A program made the translations under genes and the position numbers. This document shows, piece after piece, positions 1 to 9,650 of a DNA stretch of 64,000 bases. Position 1 is the stretch's first letter. Every line of letters begins with the position of its first letter. The notes under the pieces are model-generated. The model was given only the letters and a program-made list of their open reading frames with translations. It was not told where the DNA came from and made no database searches. Source of the stretch: Candidatus Nanohaloarchaea archaeon (lineage in GTDB: Archaea; Nanohalarchaeota; Nanosalinia; Nanosalinales; Nanosalinaceae); NCBI GenBank assembly GCA_013343275.1, contig CP046106.1, positions 288,001 through 352,000 on the forward strand, written 5' to 3'.

Positions 1-123
1 AGCGGAAGAATCAGGTTTCTTTCAGTTATCGGGCTACGGTACGTCATCCTGCCGAAGACCAAGAATTTAATGAGTCAGAGAGGTTACAAGCTCGAAGACA
101 CTTCCTTCGATATCAGCCTGTAA
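1..123 (+). CDS. 3' end of a gene truncated by the window edge (hypothetical)
   Basis: Open frame 1 (SGRIRFLSVIGLRYVILPKTKNLMSQRGYKLEDTSFDISL*) ends at TAA 121-123, convergent with the next gene. Confidence 0.5.
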   Translation, partial: SGRIRFLSVIGLRYVILPKTKNLMSQRGYKLEDTSFDISL

Positions 124-124
124 T

Positions 125-1351
125 CTACCGTTCCTTCACGGAGACTTCTGCTTCGAGGCCTTCATTCATTTCCTGCTCCAGCTGTTCCATCCTGTCATCT
201 AGAGAACTTCCCAGTTCATCAATCCTATCTTCTATGCTCTCTATCTCTCTTTCCTTCCGTTCTATCTTATCTTTCACAGCTTTAAGATCTCTTTCTGCTT
301 TCTCTACCTCTTCCTTGATGTCCATGTCCTCGATCTTCCGTTCAAGCACCTCTATCTCGGCCTCAAGTTCGTCCTCTTCCTCCACAAGTTCCTGAAAGTT
401 GGAGAGGTTTTCCGCTGCCTCTGCAAAGTTCTGGACTTGACGTATATCCAGAAGGTCCTCTTCCTTGACTTTTTCCTGGGCCTCCTCCAGTTCTTCCTGT
501 ATTTCACCTGCTTGTGCGTATTTCTCCTCTGTTATCTTATCTAGCTTGCTGATATCTCCTTCAAACTCGATTTCTCCGCTTTCAACCTGGTAGATTAGTT
601 TTTTTAGGCCTCTGCGCATTGTGGAGATGTTTTTGGATATCTTGGCCTGTATTTCCTCTCTTCTATCTTCTTTTTCCTCGAGTTCCTGCTGCATCTCCTG
701 CATTTCCTGCCATTCACTGCTGTCTTTAAGCTCCTGGATCTCCTGCTCTATTCTCTGTTTCTCGTCTTCCTCTGTCGCTGTAGATATCTCGGTTTTCTCC
801 CTTCTTTTTTCCTCGAGCTCTTCCTCTAGCTCGCTGATCTCTTCTTTCAGAGATTTAATCTTCCTGTACCTTTTCAGAGAGCTGTATTTAGACTTCACAA
901 AGCTTTCAGTGTTGTCCAGATGAGATTCTATGTCTTCCAGAACGCTCAAGAGCTTGGTTCTCTTGTTGATCCGTTTCATTACCTGTCCCTGCTTCTCGGA
1001 CACGTTGTTGAACTTCTCAAGGAACTCTCTCAAGTCCTCCAGGTGTTCATCCATTTTCTCGGACAGATCGGTCTCTTTGACCAGCATTTTCTGTGACTGA
1101 GCGAAATCCTCTGCTACATCGTCGACAACCTTCAGGCCTTCACTGTCCTGATAGTCCTTCATTTCTTCAAGGTCTTCCTGAAGGCTCTGCAGGTATTCCT
1201 CGGTTCTATCTCTCAGTTCTTCAGCTCTGTTCCTTGCTGACTCAATCTCGTTCAGATTTCGCTCCTTGAAAACTTCTGGAGCTTCCTTGTAGCTGGTCTC
1301 TAACTCTTCCTGGCTGAAGAATCTGTCTTTCAGTTTATCAGTAAGGCCCAT
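125..1351 (-). CDS. Long acidic coiled-coil protein
   Basis: 408 aa, E/K/L-rich heptad pattern, no catalytic motif seen. Confidence 0.75.
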   Translation of the reverse strand: MGLTDKLKDRFFSQEELETSYKEAPEVFKERNLNEIESARNRAEELRDRTEEYLQSLQEDLEEMKDYQDSEGLKVVDDVAEDFAQSQKMLVKETDLSEKMDEHLEDLREFLEKFNNVSEKQGQVMKRINKRTKLLSVLEDIESHLDNTESFVKSKYSSLKRYRKIKSLKEEISELEEELEEKRREKTEISTATEEDEKQRIEQEIQELKDSSEWQEMQEMQQELEEKEDRREEIQAKISKNISTMRRGLKKLIYQVESGEIEFEGDISKLDKITEEKYAQAGEIQEELEEAQEKVKEEDLLDIRQVQNFAEAAENLSNFQELVEEEDELEAEIEVLERKIEDMDIKEEVEKAERDLKAVKDKIERKEREIESIEDRIDELGSSLDDRMEQLEQEMNEGLEAEVSVKER

Positions 1352-1431
1352 AACCAGTTAACCCAGTTGAACAGGTAAAAACCTGAGGTGGGGGAGAAGA
1401 AAAAAAAGGGAAATAGAGGGCGAAGGATTTT

Positions 1432-2034
1432 TTACTCGAATCTGCTGGAGAGGTCTTCAAACTTCTCCTGAGGATGCTCCCAGTCGACTACCTCGAAGAA
1501 GCTGTCGATGAATTCTCCTCTCTCAGGGCCGTAGTCGTGGTAATAAGAGTGTTCCCAGACATCGACTGCCAGGATAGGATGTGCTCCCCAGACTCCATGT
1601 CTGTCGTGCTTGTCAACTACTACATTATGTAGCTCGTCTTCTGCAGGGATGTAGACAAGCAAGGCCCATCCTCCGGCGCTTGATGCTGCGGCCTTGAACT
1701 CTTTCTTCCAGTTCTCGTAGCTTCCGAAGTCCTCTTCAATCTTCTCCAGTAGCTGGCCTTCTGGCCTTCCCCCGCCGTTAGGCCCCATGTTCTTCCAGAA
1801 AAGGTTGTGCAGTACTGTTCCTGCATAGTTGTGAGTGAAGTCTTTCAAGATCGAGGCCGTGGAGCTGTAATCATCGTTTTCTCTCTGCTCGTCCAGTCTT
1901 TCCTCTGCGGAGTTCCAGCCGTTGACGTAGCCCTGATGGTGTACGTCGTGGTGCCACTCCATAACCTGTTTGGAGATATGAGGGGTTAGAGCGTCGTATT
2001 CGTAAGGTAGTTTCATTAAACCGTGTTCTGCCAT
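1432..2034 (-). CDS. sod: Fe/Mn superoxide dismutase
   Basis: LPYEYDAL, HHDVHHQGYV, HNLFW and DVWEHSYY metal-binding motifs. Confidence 0.97.
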   Translation of the reverse strand: MAEHGLMKLPYEYDALTPHISKQVMEWHHDVHHQGYVNGWNSAEERLDEQRENDDYSSTASILKDFTHNYAGTVLHNLFWKNMGPNGGGRPEGQLLEKIEEDFGSYENWKKEFKAAASSAGGWALLVYIPAEDELHNVVVDKHDRHGVWGAHPILAVDVWEHSYYHDYGPERGEFIDSFFEVVDWEHPQEKFEDLSSRFE

Positions 2035-2161
2035 AGAAAGTTCACCTATAACATGTTATCTTGGCTGGAGGTATAAGCAGGTTTTGGCCAAATCAAGACT
2101 AGGAAAGTTAAGTCGGCGAAAAATAATGAGGAAAGAAGAAAGAGGGAAAAGGTGTCCGGCC

Positions 2162-2818
2162 TTACTGTGTGGTGTTGCCGGATGTCTGGTTGTCAGGCTG
2201 CTGGTTCTGCTGCTGAGCAGCTTTGATGGCCTGACTGACATCGATGATCATGGACTGTCCTGTAAGAGGGGACTGCTTTGGAATAATCTGTGCGCCGTCC
2301 ATGGTCATGTAGAAACTCTGTGTCTGAGAGACAGTGGTTCCATTACGCTGTCCTGTAGTCGTAATGTTGAACTCGTAGAGGCCGTGCTGTGTCTGGAATT
2401 CAGAAACGTTGACACTTGGCCCTACAATCTGTGTAACCTTGTCCTGTGCAGCGGCAGGTGAGATCTGGCCACTACCTCCTGCTCCTGAGAGGCCCATTGC
2501 AACCAGGCCTACAAGTAGTCCTAGAAGAAGCCCTCCTGCGAATACGCTGTTTCGGGAGTAGCTTCCCAGGATTCCTCCTGCGGTCTCTTCTTCGATCTCC
2601 TCAAGTACATCGTCCTCTGTAACTTCATCGGATTCGGAATGCATTTCTTCGTCTACTTCTTCCCCGATCTTCTGCTCGATATACTCCTTGACGGTTTTAC
2701 GGTCCTTACCTTCCTCCTCTGACTGGAGGAGGGATTTGTAATCTAGATCCACTGCGTTGTCGATCTTCTCTTTGACCTCATCGACAGTGCCATCTAGTAA
2801 ATCATCATTTTTTGACAT
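2162..2818 (-). CDS. Single-pass membrane protein with acidic N-terminal domain
   Basis: Hydrophobic segment VFAGGLLLGLLVGLVAMGL followed by a T/Q/N-rich extracellular part. Confidence 0.75.
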   Translation of the reverse strand: MSKNDDLLDGTVDEVKEKIDNAVDLDYKSLLQSEEEGKDRKTVKEYIEQKIGEEVDEEMHSESDEVTEDDVLEEIEEETAGGILGSYSRNSVFAGGLLLGLLVGLVAMGLSGAGGSGQISPAAAQDKVTQIVGPSVNVSEFQTQHGLYEFNITTTGQRNGTTVSQTQSFYMTMDGAQIIPKQSPLTGQSMIIDVSQAIKAAQQQNQQPDNQTSGNTTQ

Positions 2819-2909
2819 ACCAAAGAATTATCTTGACATCCTTTTAAAAATTAGCAGAAAGCCGCTGTAACTCACATTTACGACAGAAATTTTACAGGAA
2901 GAAATTTGT

Positions 2910-3140
2910 TGGGGCCGGCAGGACTTGAACTTGCAACCTTCCGCTATCTCCGGAACTTCTGGAAGTTCCATCACCACGGAGCATTCCAAGGAATGCACCT
3001 CAAGATTTAATCATCGGCCATAAGGCCTCATTCCTCCAGATCCGTAACAGAACAGAGATGGTTCAGTGATCCATCAGGTACTGTCGACCTGCTACGGGAG
3101 TCGCTGGAGGCGGACGCTCTGCCAATTGAGCTACGACCCC
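2910..3140 (-). tRNA. tRNA-Trp(CCA) with a ~158-nt intron at position 37/38 (intron 2946-3103)
   Basis: Exon 1 GGGGTCGTAGCTCAATTGGCAGAGCGTCCGCCTCCAG; exon 2 AGCGGAAGGTTGCAAGTTCAAGTCCTGCCGGCCCCA; CTCC/GGAG central helix of a BHB-like motif; CCA end not encoded. Confidence 0.93.
2946..3103 (-). ncRNA. Intron-encoded box C/D-like guide RNA for Cm34 of tRNA-Trp
   Basis: Guide TCTGGAGG is complementary to the anticodon arm CCTCCAGA and is followed by a D'-like ATGA; the N+5 rule points to C34; a CGATGA C'-like box follows a GGCC-TTAT-GGCC hairpin. Confidence 0.65.
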
Positions 3141-3258
3141 AACCTGTCTGTATTGTTGATTTAGAGGTTGAAACTTTAAAACAGGTAGTGAACTGTCCAG
3201 GTTCTGACTCTACGCTTAAAGATTTTTGACTACAACAAATTTCTACAGTAAAAGGAAA

Positions 3259-4218
3259 ATGATTAGAGAGAAAGATGGGATCCATTTCGATCTTGAGGAT
3301 AAGGTTGTAGCTGACTCCCGTAAGGCCCGTGGAGATGTGAACTTTGTCTCCCACGCTCATATGGATCACGTTCACCGTGGAGAGAATCCTGTTATAGCCT
3401 CGGAGGTAACTAGAAAGCTTGCAGAGGCCCGTACAGAGAAAAATATAGCGGCAGCAAGCTCGGAGAGCTTCGAACTTATTCCTTCGGGACACATAATAGG
3501 TTCTACAGCAGCAAAGTTCGGAGAGGAGAAGGAGTATCTCTACACTGGAGATGTATCTCTGCGGGATAGGGCCTATCTTGAAGGTTTTGAACCTGTTTCT
3601 GCCGATGTTCTCGTGGTTGAGTCGACTTACGGGATTCCTGCCTACAGATTTCCGGATCAGAAGGGGATTGAATCATCTATCCAAGACTGGGTGCAGGACA
3701 ACGACAGGCCGCTGTTCCTGTTCGGTTACTCGCTGGGTAAGGCCCAGAAGATCCAGCATATCATGCAGGAGGCGACTGAGAGACCTATCGTGGCTCATGG
3801 ATCCGTGAAGAATATGAACAATGTTGTAGAAGAGGTTACAGATCTGAATTTCAGGGCGAAGCCTTACGGCGAGAACAAGGAGTTGCTGGAGGACAATGCG
3901 ATCTTTATCGGGCCTTCAAGTTTTGCACGTAACGATGGCCTGAACAAGTTTGTGGATAAGGTAGATGGTTTGAAGGCTGGTTTCTCTGGCTGGGCAGCTC
4001 AGGAGGCTTTCAAGCATCGTGGAGGGTACGACAAGACTTTTCCTTTCTCCGATCACTGCGACTTCGATGAACTGGTTGAACTAGTTGAGAAAGTAGGTCC
4101 TGAAGAGGTTTACACTCACCACGGTTTCGATGAGGCCTTTGCATCCTACCTGAAAAAGGAGAAAGGGATTAATGCCCGTGCATTAAAGCAGAATCAGAGC
4201 TCTCTTACAGATTTCTAG
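3259..4218 (+). CDS. Metallo-beta-lactamase/beta-CASP nuclease (COG1236-like)
   Basis: SHAHMDH, SGHIIGS, TGD, ESTYG, YSLGKAQ, SDHCD and HG motifs; ATG at 3259. Confidence 0.88.
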   Translation: MIREKDGIHFDLEDKVVADSRKARGDVNFVSHAHMDHVHRGENPVIASEVTRKLAEARTEKNIAAASSESFELIPSGHIIGSTAAKFGEEKEYLYTGDVSLRDRAYLEGFEPVSADVLVVESTYGIPAYRFPDQKGIESSIQDWVQDNDRPLFLFGYSLGKAQKIQHIMQEATERPIVAHGSVKNMNNVVEEVTDLNFRAKPYGENKELLEDNAIFIGPSSFARNDGLNKFVDKVDGLKAGFSGWAAQEAFKHRGGYDKTFPFSDHCDFDELVELVEKVGPEEVYTHHGFDEAFASYLKKEKGINARALKQNQSSLTDF

Positions 4219-4553
4219 TTTTCAAGTATGCCCTGTTCTTTTGCTGGTCTGAAAGCTCTTTCTTCCAGGTATTTCTCGAGTTCCTTCAGTTCTTCAACTG
4301 TTTCCCTGTCTCTGGTCTCGTTCATTACTGTTCTCTGAATGTTTTCCATCATGTTGAGACCTTCAATTGTTTCTACCATCTCCTCTTCGCTGTATGTACC
4401 ATCCCTGTTCACTGCGTATGGAAGGCTTTCAACCTTCTGAATTGCTTCCTCCACCAGTTCCTGGTATTCTTCCATGTTTTCAGCGAAGCTGTATGCCTCA
4501 TCTATAGCTTCTTCTACCTGGATAGGGTCGTAACCTGTTTCACTTACACTCAT
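4215..4553 (-). CDS. Hypothetical acidic protein
   Basis: 112-aa ORF with host-like composition. Confidence 0.65.
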   Translation of the reverse strand: MSVSETGYDPIQVEEAIDEAYSFAENMEEYQELVEEAIQKVESLPYAVNRDGTYSEEEMVETIEGLNMMENIQRTVMNETRDRETVEELKELEKYLEERAFRPAKEQGILEN

Positions 4554-4586
4554 AGAAAGACTGATCGCTGACTAAACTTTTAATCA

Positions 4587-5012
4587 TCATCCCTCGAAGT
4601 AAAGGCCTGAGAGCTGGGCCTCAACAAACTTCTCGTCAGGGTCCTCAAACAGGGGTAGTGTGTCCTCAATGGTTCTCCTTCCTGTACTGGTCAGCTGAGC
4701 TCCGAAGTCTTTCCTGAGGGTATTGATGACATCTATCTCTTTGTCCAGCTCCCGGGAGATCTTCTTGTTCTGTTCTTTGCCATGTTCATCGAAATCGGTT
4801 AAAACTACGACTCTTTCTGCTCCACGGGCTACGTCCTCCACCAGGTCTTCAATAGTTCTCTCTGCTGACAGAAAGATCTTGGACTGGAAGCCCAGTTTCT
4901 GAAGGGCGATCTTATCGGAGAATCCTTCAACAATGGCGGCGTCAACATCCCTCTCAAGTTTCTCAACTTCTGCCTCCAGAAGGTTTTTCTCCCTGAATTT
5001 TTCCGTTTCCAT
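4587..5012 (-). CDS. Small TOPRIM-domain protein (RNase M5/primase-like)
   Basis: IVEG..D and LTDFDEHG TOPRIM motifs. Confidence 0.88.
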   Translation of the reverse strand: METEKFREKNLLEAEVEKLERDVDAAIVEGFSDKIALQKLGFQSKIFLSAERTIEDLVEDVARGAERVVVLTDFDEHGKEQNKKISRELDKEIDVINTLRKDFGAQLTSTGRRTIEDTLPLFEDPDEKFVEAQLSGLYFEG

Positions 5013-5066
5013 GTTCTTCTACGGGTAAGATAAACTTTTTATCCATGAAAAATATTTCGGAACGGT

Positions 5067-6290
5067 TTAGACCATCTTCTTTACCTGTTTGCTGAGAACA
5101 GGGTTCAAGGCCGAGGAATAGATGCTTCTGACAGTATCCTTGTAGCTCTGCCATCCCTCGGTTCTCTCATCGTAGGAAATGCTCAGGTCTTCCTGAACTG
5201 AGAAACTGTGATGGAACTTCCTGCCCTCCATCTCGCCGAGTTCTTTACGGGCGTTGATAGAGTTATCCTTGATCCGGGAAACAGAGTTCTCAGGCAGTCG
5301 GGCAGAGATAGAGTAGTCAATATCGTTACCTGTTTCAACCTGCAGTATGAAGTCAAGGCCCTGCTTCCCACGCACTACGATACCTGAGTCGGTGTACTCT
5401 TTTTCGACAGGTATCTTCGGTGAGAAAATATCGACCACGTCCTCAGGCGAAACAATTGCGGCGGTCTCCTGCACCTCGCTCTCAAGTTCATCAAGACTGT
5501 AGATAAATCTACCATCCTTCTCTCTGGAAGTATCGATAGCTGCGTAGTACAGATCCTTGTCGAGGCCTTCCTCCATTCTCTTTTTGACCTCTTCCACCTT
5601 TTCTTCGACGTTTTCCAGGCCTTTACCTGTGTAAGGGATGTCGAACAGGAAGGCTTTCTCCCTGTCCTCGTGTACCAGGACGGCGTCGACAGGTACCTGG
5701 AAGTCAAAGCTGTCTAGAGGAGGTTTTTTCAATTTGAGGCCTACGTATTTTCTCTCTATTCTTTCCAGTTCCTTCATTGCTTTCTCGATGTTTTTCTCGA
5801 AAGGTTTCATCGATCTGAACAGTAGCCGGGCCTGGCTGTGGCTGAGCTGTTCTCTTTCAGCCATTTTTGCGATATCCCTGATAACTTTCTCGGTATCTGT
5901 GTATATTAGTTCTTTCTGGAGGAACTGGTGGAGCTGTGAGAACTTGAGTTGCTCGTATTCATCTAGCTGGATGCTTCCTCTGTTGGTAACGAATATTCCC
6001 CGGAACCTGTATTCTGATAGTTCTGATAGTTCCAGGCCTATATCGATCGGGTCGTTCTTCGCCATTTCCACGTACTTGTCCATGCGGGAAAGGTCCTCTT
6101 CGTCTATCTCGGCTTTGTTTTTGGCGTCGATCACCCAGACCTCTTTCTTGTCTTCCCTTGATATTCTGGCGAATGCGTCGGGTCTTGAGTTATCTCTCAG
6201 GCTGCCGATTCTCTCGAAGAAGTCGAAGAATCCTTCGTACTGTCTGAGGAGGTCCAGAACGTCTGTCTGGAATACTTCCCAGTTGCTCAT
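5067..6290 (-). CDS. Protein with an N-terminal PD-(D/E)xK (Mrr-like) nuclease-fold domain
   Basis: WEVFQ...RPDAF...VIDAKNK motif spacing. Confidence 0.55.
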   Translation of the reverse strand: MSNWEVFQTDVLDLLRQYEGFFDFFERIGSLRDNSRPDAFARISREDKKEVWVIDAKNKAEIDEEDLSRMDKYVEMAKNDPIDIGLELSELSEYRFRGIFVTNRGSIQLDEYEQLKFSQLHQFLQKELIYTDTEKVIRDIAKMAEREQLSHSQARLLFRSMKPFEKNIEKAMKELERIERKYVGLKLKKPPLDSFDFQVPVDAVLVHEDREKAFLFDIPYTGKGLENVEEKVEEVKKRMEEGLDKDLYYAAIDTSREKDGRFIYSLDELESEVQETAAIVSPEDVVDIFSPKIPVEKEYTDSGIVVRGKQGLDFILQVETGNDIDYSISARLPENSVSRIKDNSINARKELGEMEGRKFHHSFSVQEDLSISYDERTEGWQSYKDTVRSIYSSALNPVLSKQVKKMV

Positions 6291-6319
6291 GGAGAGTTAC
6301 CTCTAGAATGTGTGGGCCT

Positions 6320-7225
6320 TCATTCTACCACTTCGTAGCTGTCTACTTCGCCGTCTCCGTCCATGTCAAGGCCTCTGACAATTTTATAGTATTCTCCCCC
6401 GCTGTACTGTTCAGTTATGTCTTCCAGGTTTTTGAAGGCTCTGACTGCTGCCTCTGTCCCCTGATTCCTGATACCGGCTATCAGGAAGAGTGATTTGCTG
6501 GAGTCTTCCGGGTGGTTGGTTCTGGCTATTACCCCGATATCTGGTTCGCTGTACGTTGCGTTCTCAGTAGAAAGCTCTCTGTACGGGAATTCTTCTCCCG
6601 AGAAGTGTGCCGGGAAATTCCCGTTGAATTTTTTGGTGACGGTGTTGGTCAGTACTCCGCCTACGAGTATCATGTTCTGGTTGAAGTTCTCGCTGCGGAA
6701 GATCTCCGTATCCAGCGAAATGTTTCTCTTGTCTGTGTTGCAGTATCGTCCGATTTCCAGCCCGATCTCTCCTGCAAGGTGGCCGTCTCTTGCCCTCACC
6801 TGGTCAGGTCCGTGCTGGTCCGGAGATCCTACCACTATGTTTCCATTCAGTTCTCCGTTCTGTACGAGGGGCGATAGAAAGTCCGCGGTGGTTTCGGAAA
6901 TGTTCTGTGCTGGTAGTCCTTCGCTGATCTCTGAGAGCAGTAGGTAGTAGGCCTTCGACTTGAGTCTGTAGTATGTTGCGGTGCCTCCGGATTTTTCCTC
7001 GCTTCTGGATTTTTCTATTATTCCTGCGTCTTCCAGTTTGTTGAAGTGGTAGTAGGCTTTCTGTTTGCTGAGATCTAGGGCCTTGGCTACTTCCGAGGTA
7101 TAGGCCTCTCCATCGCCTATTTCTTTCACTATTTCTCTCCGTGTTTCGTCGCTGAGTGCTTTGATTATTTCCGGTGATATTTCCTCTGCTTCTACTGCTT
7201 TTCCGTTTTCGACTACTCGGCCCAT
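6320..7225 (-). CDS. ArsR-like wHTH transcription regulator with C-terminal alpha/beta domain
   Basis: ALSDETRREI...SKQKAYYHFNKLEDAGII wHTH; C-terminal NMILVGG..TN motif. Confidence 0.8.
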   Translation of the reverse strand: MGRVVENGKAVEAEEISPEIIKALSDETRREIVKEIGDGEAYTSEVAKALDLSKQKAYYHFNKLEDAGIIEKSRSEEKSGGTATYYRLKSKAYYLLLSEISEGLPAQNISETTADFLSPLVQNGELNGNIVVGSPDQHGPDQVRARDGHLAGEIGLEIGRYCNTDKRNISLDTEIFRSENFNQNMILVGGVLTNTVTKKFNGNFPAHFSGEEFPYRELSTENATYSEPDIGVIARTNHPEDSSKSLFLIAGIRNQGTEAAVRAFKNLEDITEQYSGGEYYKIVRGLDMDGDGEVDSYEVVE

Positions 7226-7409
7226 TGTTGAACATGTTTTACTGGTACAATTTCTTTTTTACTGCTTTCGGTTGGAAACACCGGTGCTCTTTAAAAGGGT
7301 TCGAGCTGTGAACTGTTTTCCACTGTTCAAGTTAAAACCTCTCTTTTACCGGTTTTCGGGCAGTAGAGAAAGTATTTATAAACTCAGGGCTGCAATGTTA
7401 GGTTGTACT

Positions 7410-9152
7410 ATGTGCGGAATAGTTGGATACAGCGGCGAAGATGAAGCAGCCGAGAAAATCTACCGGGGACTGAAGAAACTGGAATACAGAGGCTACGACT
7501 CAGCAGGAATAGCAACAGCTGGCAACCCCACAGTCAAGGTAGAGAAAGGCACAGGAACAATTGACGAAGCAATCGACAGCATCTCAGAGGCCGAAATCGA
7601 CGGCAACGTCGGGATCGGACACACAAGATGGGCCACACATGGCGGAGTAACTGATGAGAACGCACATCCGCACAGAAGCTCCTCTGGAGCTATCGCAGTA
7701 GTACACAACGGAATAATAAACAATTACGAAGAACTGAAAGAAAAGCATCTCTCAGGCCACGACTTCAGATCGGAGACAGATACAGAGGTGATTCCAAGAC
7801 TGATCGAGGAGAAACACGACGAACTGGAAGACTTCCACAGGGCTGTTGAAGCAGTTGTGGAGATGCTTGAAGGTTCGTATGCAGTTGTCGCCGTGAAAGA
7901 CTCCGGCGAAATGGCTGCGTTCAAGGAGAGTTCTCCATTAGCCCTCGGGATCTCGGATGGAGAGCTCTTCCTTGCCTCCGACGTCACACCTTTCCTGGAG
8001 CACACCGACAAAGCAGTATTCCTGGAAGATGGAGACGTGGTCAGGATCGAAAACGGGGATTATACTATCAAGAATAGCGGCGAGGAAATCGAGCGGGAAG
8101 TCAAGCATATCGACTGGGATGCAGAGGAGGCCTCTAAGGAAGGCCACGACCACTTCATGCAGAAGGAGATCAAGGAACAGCCTGACACAGTGAAGAGAGC
8201 AGTATTCCAGGACAGAAGCGATGTAGAAGAGGCCATCGATATGATTGAGGAGGCCGACACAGTGTATCTTTCTGGCTGCGGTACCTCCAGTTACGCTGCG
8301 GATCTCGGGGCCAAGTACCTGCGAGAAGCTGGTTACGATGTTATTTCGGAGCAGAGCCACGAGATGGAGTACTGGAACGATCACGTAACTGAAGACGATC
8401 TCGTGATTGCGATCAGCCAGTCAGGTGAGACTGCAGACCTTCTTTCAATGCTTGGAGACGTTGATGCACCTGTCCTATCTATCGTTAATGTCGTCGGTTC
8501 GACACTCGCACGTAAAGCGGACCACACCATGTACATTAACGCAGGTCCAGAGATAGGGGTTGCCTCTACGAAGGCCTTCACAGCTCAGATAGCAGTCCTC
8601 AAACTAATTGCGGAAACAGCCGAGGCATCACTGAAGGAGGCCCGTAACTCATTGATCGATACAGCAGGGAAGATAGAGCAGACACTTGAAGACAACGAGG
8701 AGACGGTTGAGGAGGTCAGCGACTACCTGCAGGACCAGGATCACGTCTACTTTATCGGCCGTGGGAAAGGCTTCGAGGTAGCAAAGGAATCCTCGCTGAA
8801 ACTGAAGGAACTATCATACATCCACTCGGAATCGTTCCCCGGTGGAGAGTTCAAACACGGAACGATCGCACTGGTGGAGGACGGTACTCCTGTCGTCGCA
8901 TTCATGCGTGATGAAGGCCTTGAAGATATTTTCTCGAACGCTAAGGAGGCCGAATCCCGTGGAGCAGATATCATAGGCGTTGGCAAGGAGAATGTCGGCG
9001 ATTTCAAGTATTTCTTCGATATTCCGGAGGACGAGAACTCCGAGATACTTGAGGTAGCGGTCTTCCAGATGCTTTCCTACCGTACAGCGGTAAAGAGAGG
9101 TCACAACCCGGACAAGCCGAGGAACCTGGCAAAAAGCGTGACTGTGAAATAG
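7410..9152 (+). CDS. glmS: Glutamine--fructose-6-phosphate aminotransferase (isomerizing)
   Basis: MCGIVG N-terminus, EYRGYDSAG, GHTRWATHG, SQSGETAD and PRNLAKSVTV. Confidence 0.98.
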   Translation: MCGIVGYSGEDEAAEKIYRGLKKLEYRGYDSAGIATAGNPTVKVEKGTGTIDEAIDSISEAEIDGNVGIGHTRWATHGGVTDENAHPHRSSSGAIAVVHNGIINNYEELKEKHLSGHDFRSETDTEVIPRLIEEKHDELEDFHRAVEAVVEMLEGSYAVVAVKDSGEMAAFKESSPLALGISDGELFLASDVTPFLEHTDKAVFLEDGDVVRIENGDYTIKNSGEEIEREVKHIDWDAEEASKEGHDHFMQKEIKEQPDTVKRAVFQDRSDVEEAIDMIEEADTVYLSGCGTSSYAADLGAKYLREAGYDVISEQSHEMEYWNDHVTEDDLVIAISQSGETADLLSMLGDVDAPVLSIVNVVGSTLARKADHTMYINAGPEIGVASTKAFTAQIAVLKLIAETAEASLKEARNSLIDTAGKIEQTLEDNEETVEEVSDYLQDQDHVYFIGRGKGFEVAKESSLKLKELSYIHSESFPGGEFKHGTIALVEDGTPVVAFMRDEGLEDIFSNAKEAESRGADIIGVGKENVGDFKYFFDIPEDENSEILEVAVFQMLSYRTAVKRGHNPDKPRNLAKSVTVK

Positions 9153-9188
9153 CCAAAGGATAAATATCTGCAGAGTTAATCTTGCTGC

Positions 9189-9650
9189 ATGAAATGGAAA
9201 CTTGCACTTGCTGGACTACTGCTGGCAGCCCTTATGACAGGGACTGCGTCAGCACAGTCGAACTCTACAGATCTTAACCTTCAGAAATACAATCTCTCGG
9301 AGTACGAGAGCACGATCAACAAGCACACAGATGAGCTTCCAGGATGGATCAAGGACCTGGTAGGCGACCAGGACCTGAACATCTACATCGATCAGGGTCA
9401 GAACGACTCCTACACAGTCAGTATCAAGATGAATGGCCTGAAAGTTCAGAACATCAGCGACTCCGCTCTGGAGAACCCTGATATAGAAGTATGGACTTCC
9501 TCAGAAGTAATTCAGAAGATTATCGAGTCGAAGAACCCTGTCGAGGATATGAAACAGGCAATAAATAATGGAGAAATAGAGTACCAGGCGAACGATGCCT
9601 GGACAAAGATCAAGCTCTTCTTCGCCGACCTTCTAATGGGGCTTCTCTAG
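9189..9650 (+). CDS. Secreted protein
   Basis: Signal peptide MKWKLALAGLLLAALMTGTASA; N-x-S/T sequons. Confidence 0.75.
   Translation: MKWKLALAGLLLAALMTGTASAQSNSTDLNLQKYNLSEYESTINKHTDELPGWIKDLVGDQDLNIYIDQGQNDSYTVSIKMNGLKVQNISDSALENPDIEVWTSSEVIQKIIESKNPVEDMKQAINNGEIEYQANDAWTKIKLFFADLLMGLL

Noticed and set aside
125-1351. SMC/Rad50 ATPase
   Set aside because: Coiled coil only; no Walker or signature motifs
7161-7409. N-terminal extension of GlmS in the ORF track
   Set aside because: GlmS needs an N-terminal Cys, so the true start is 7410
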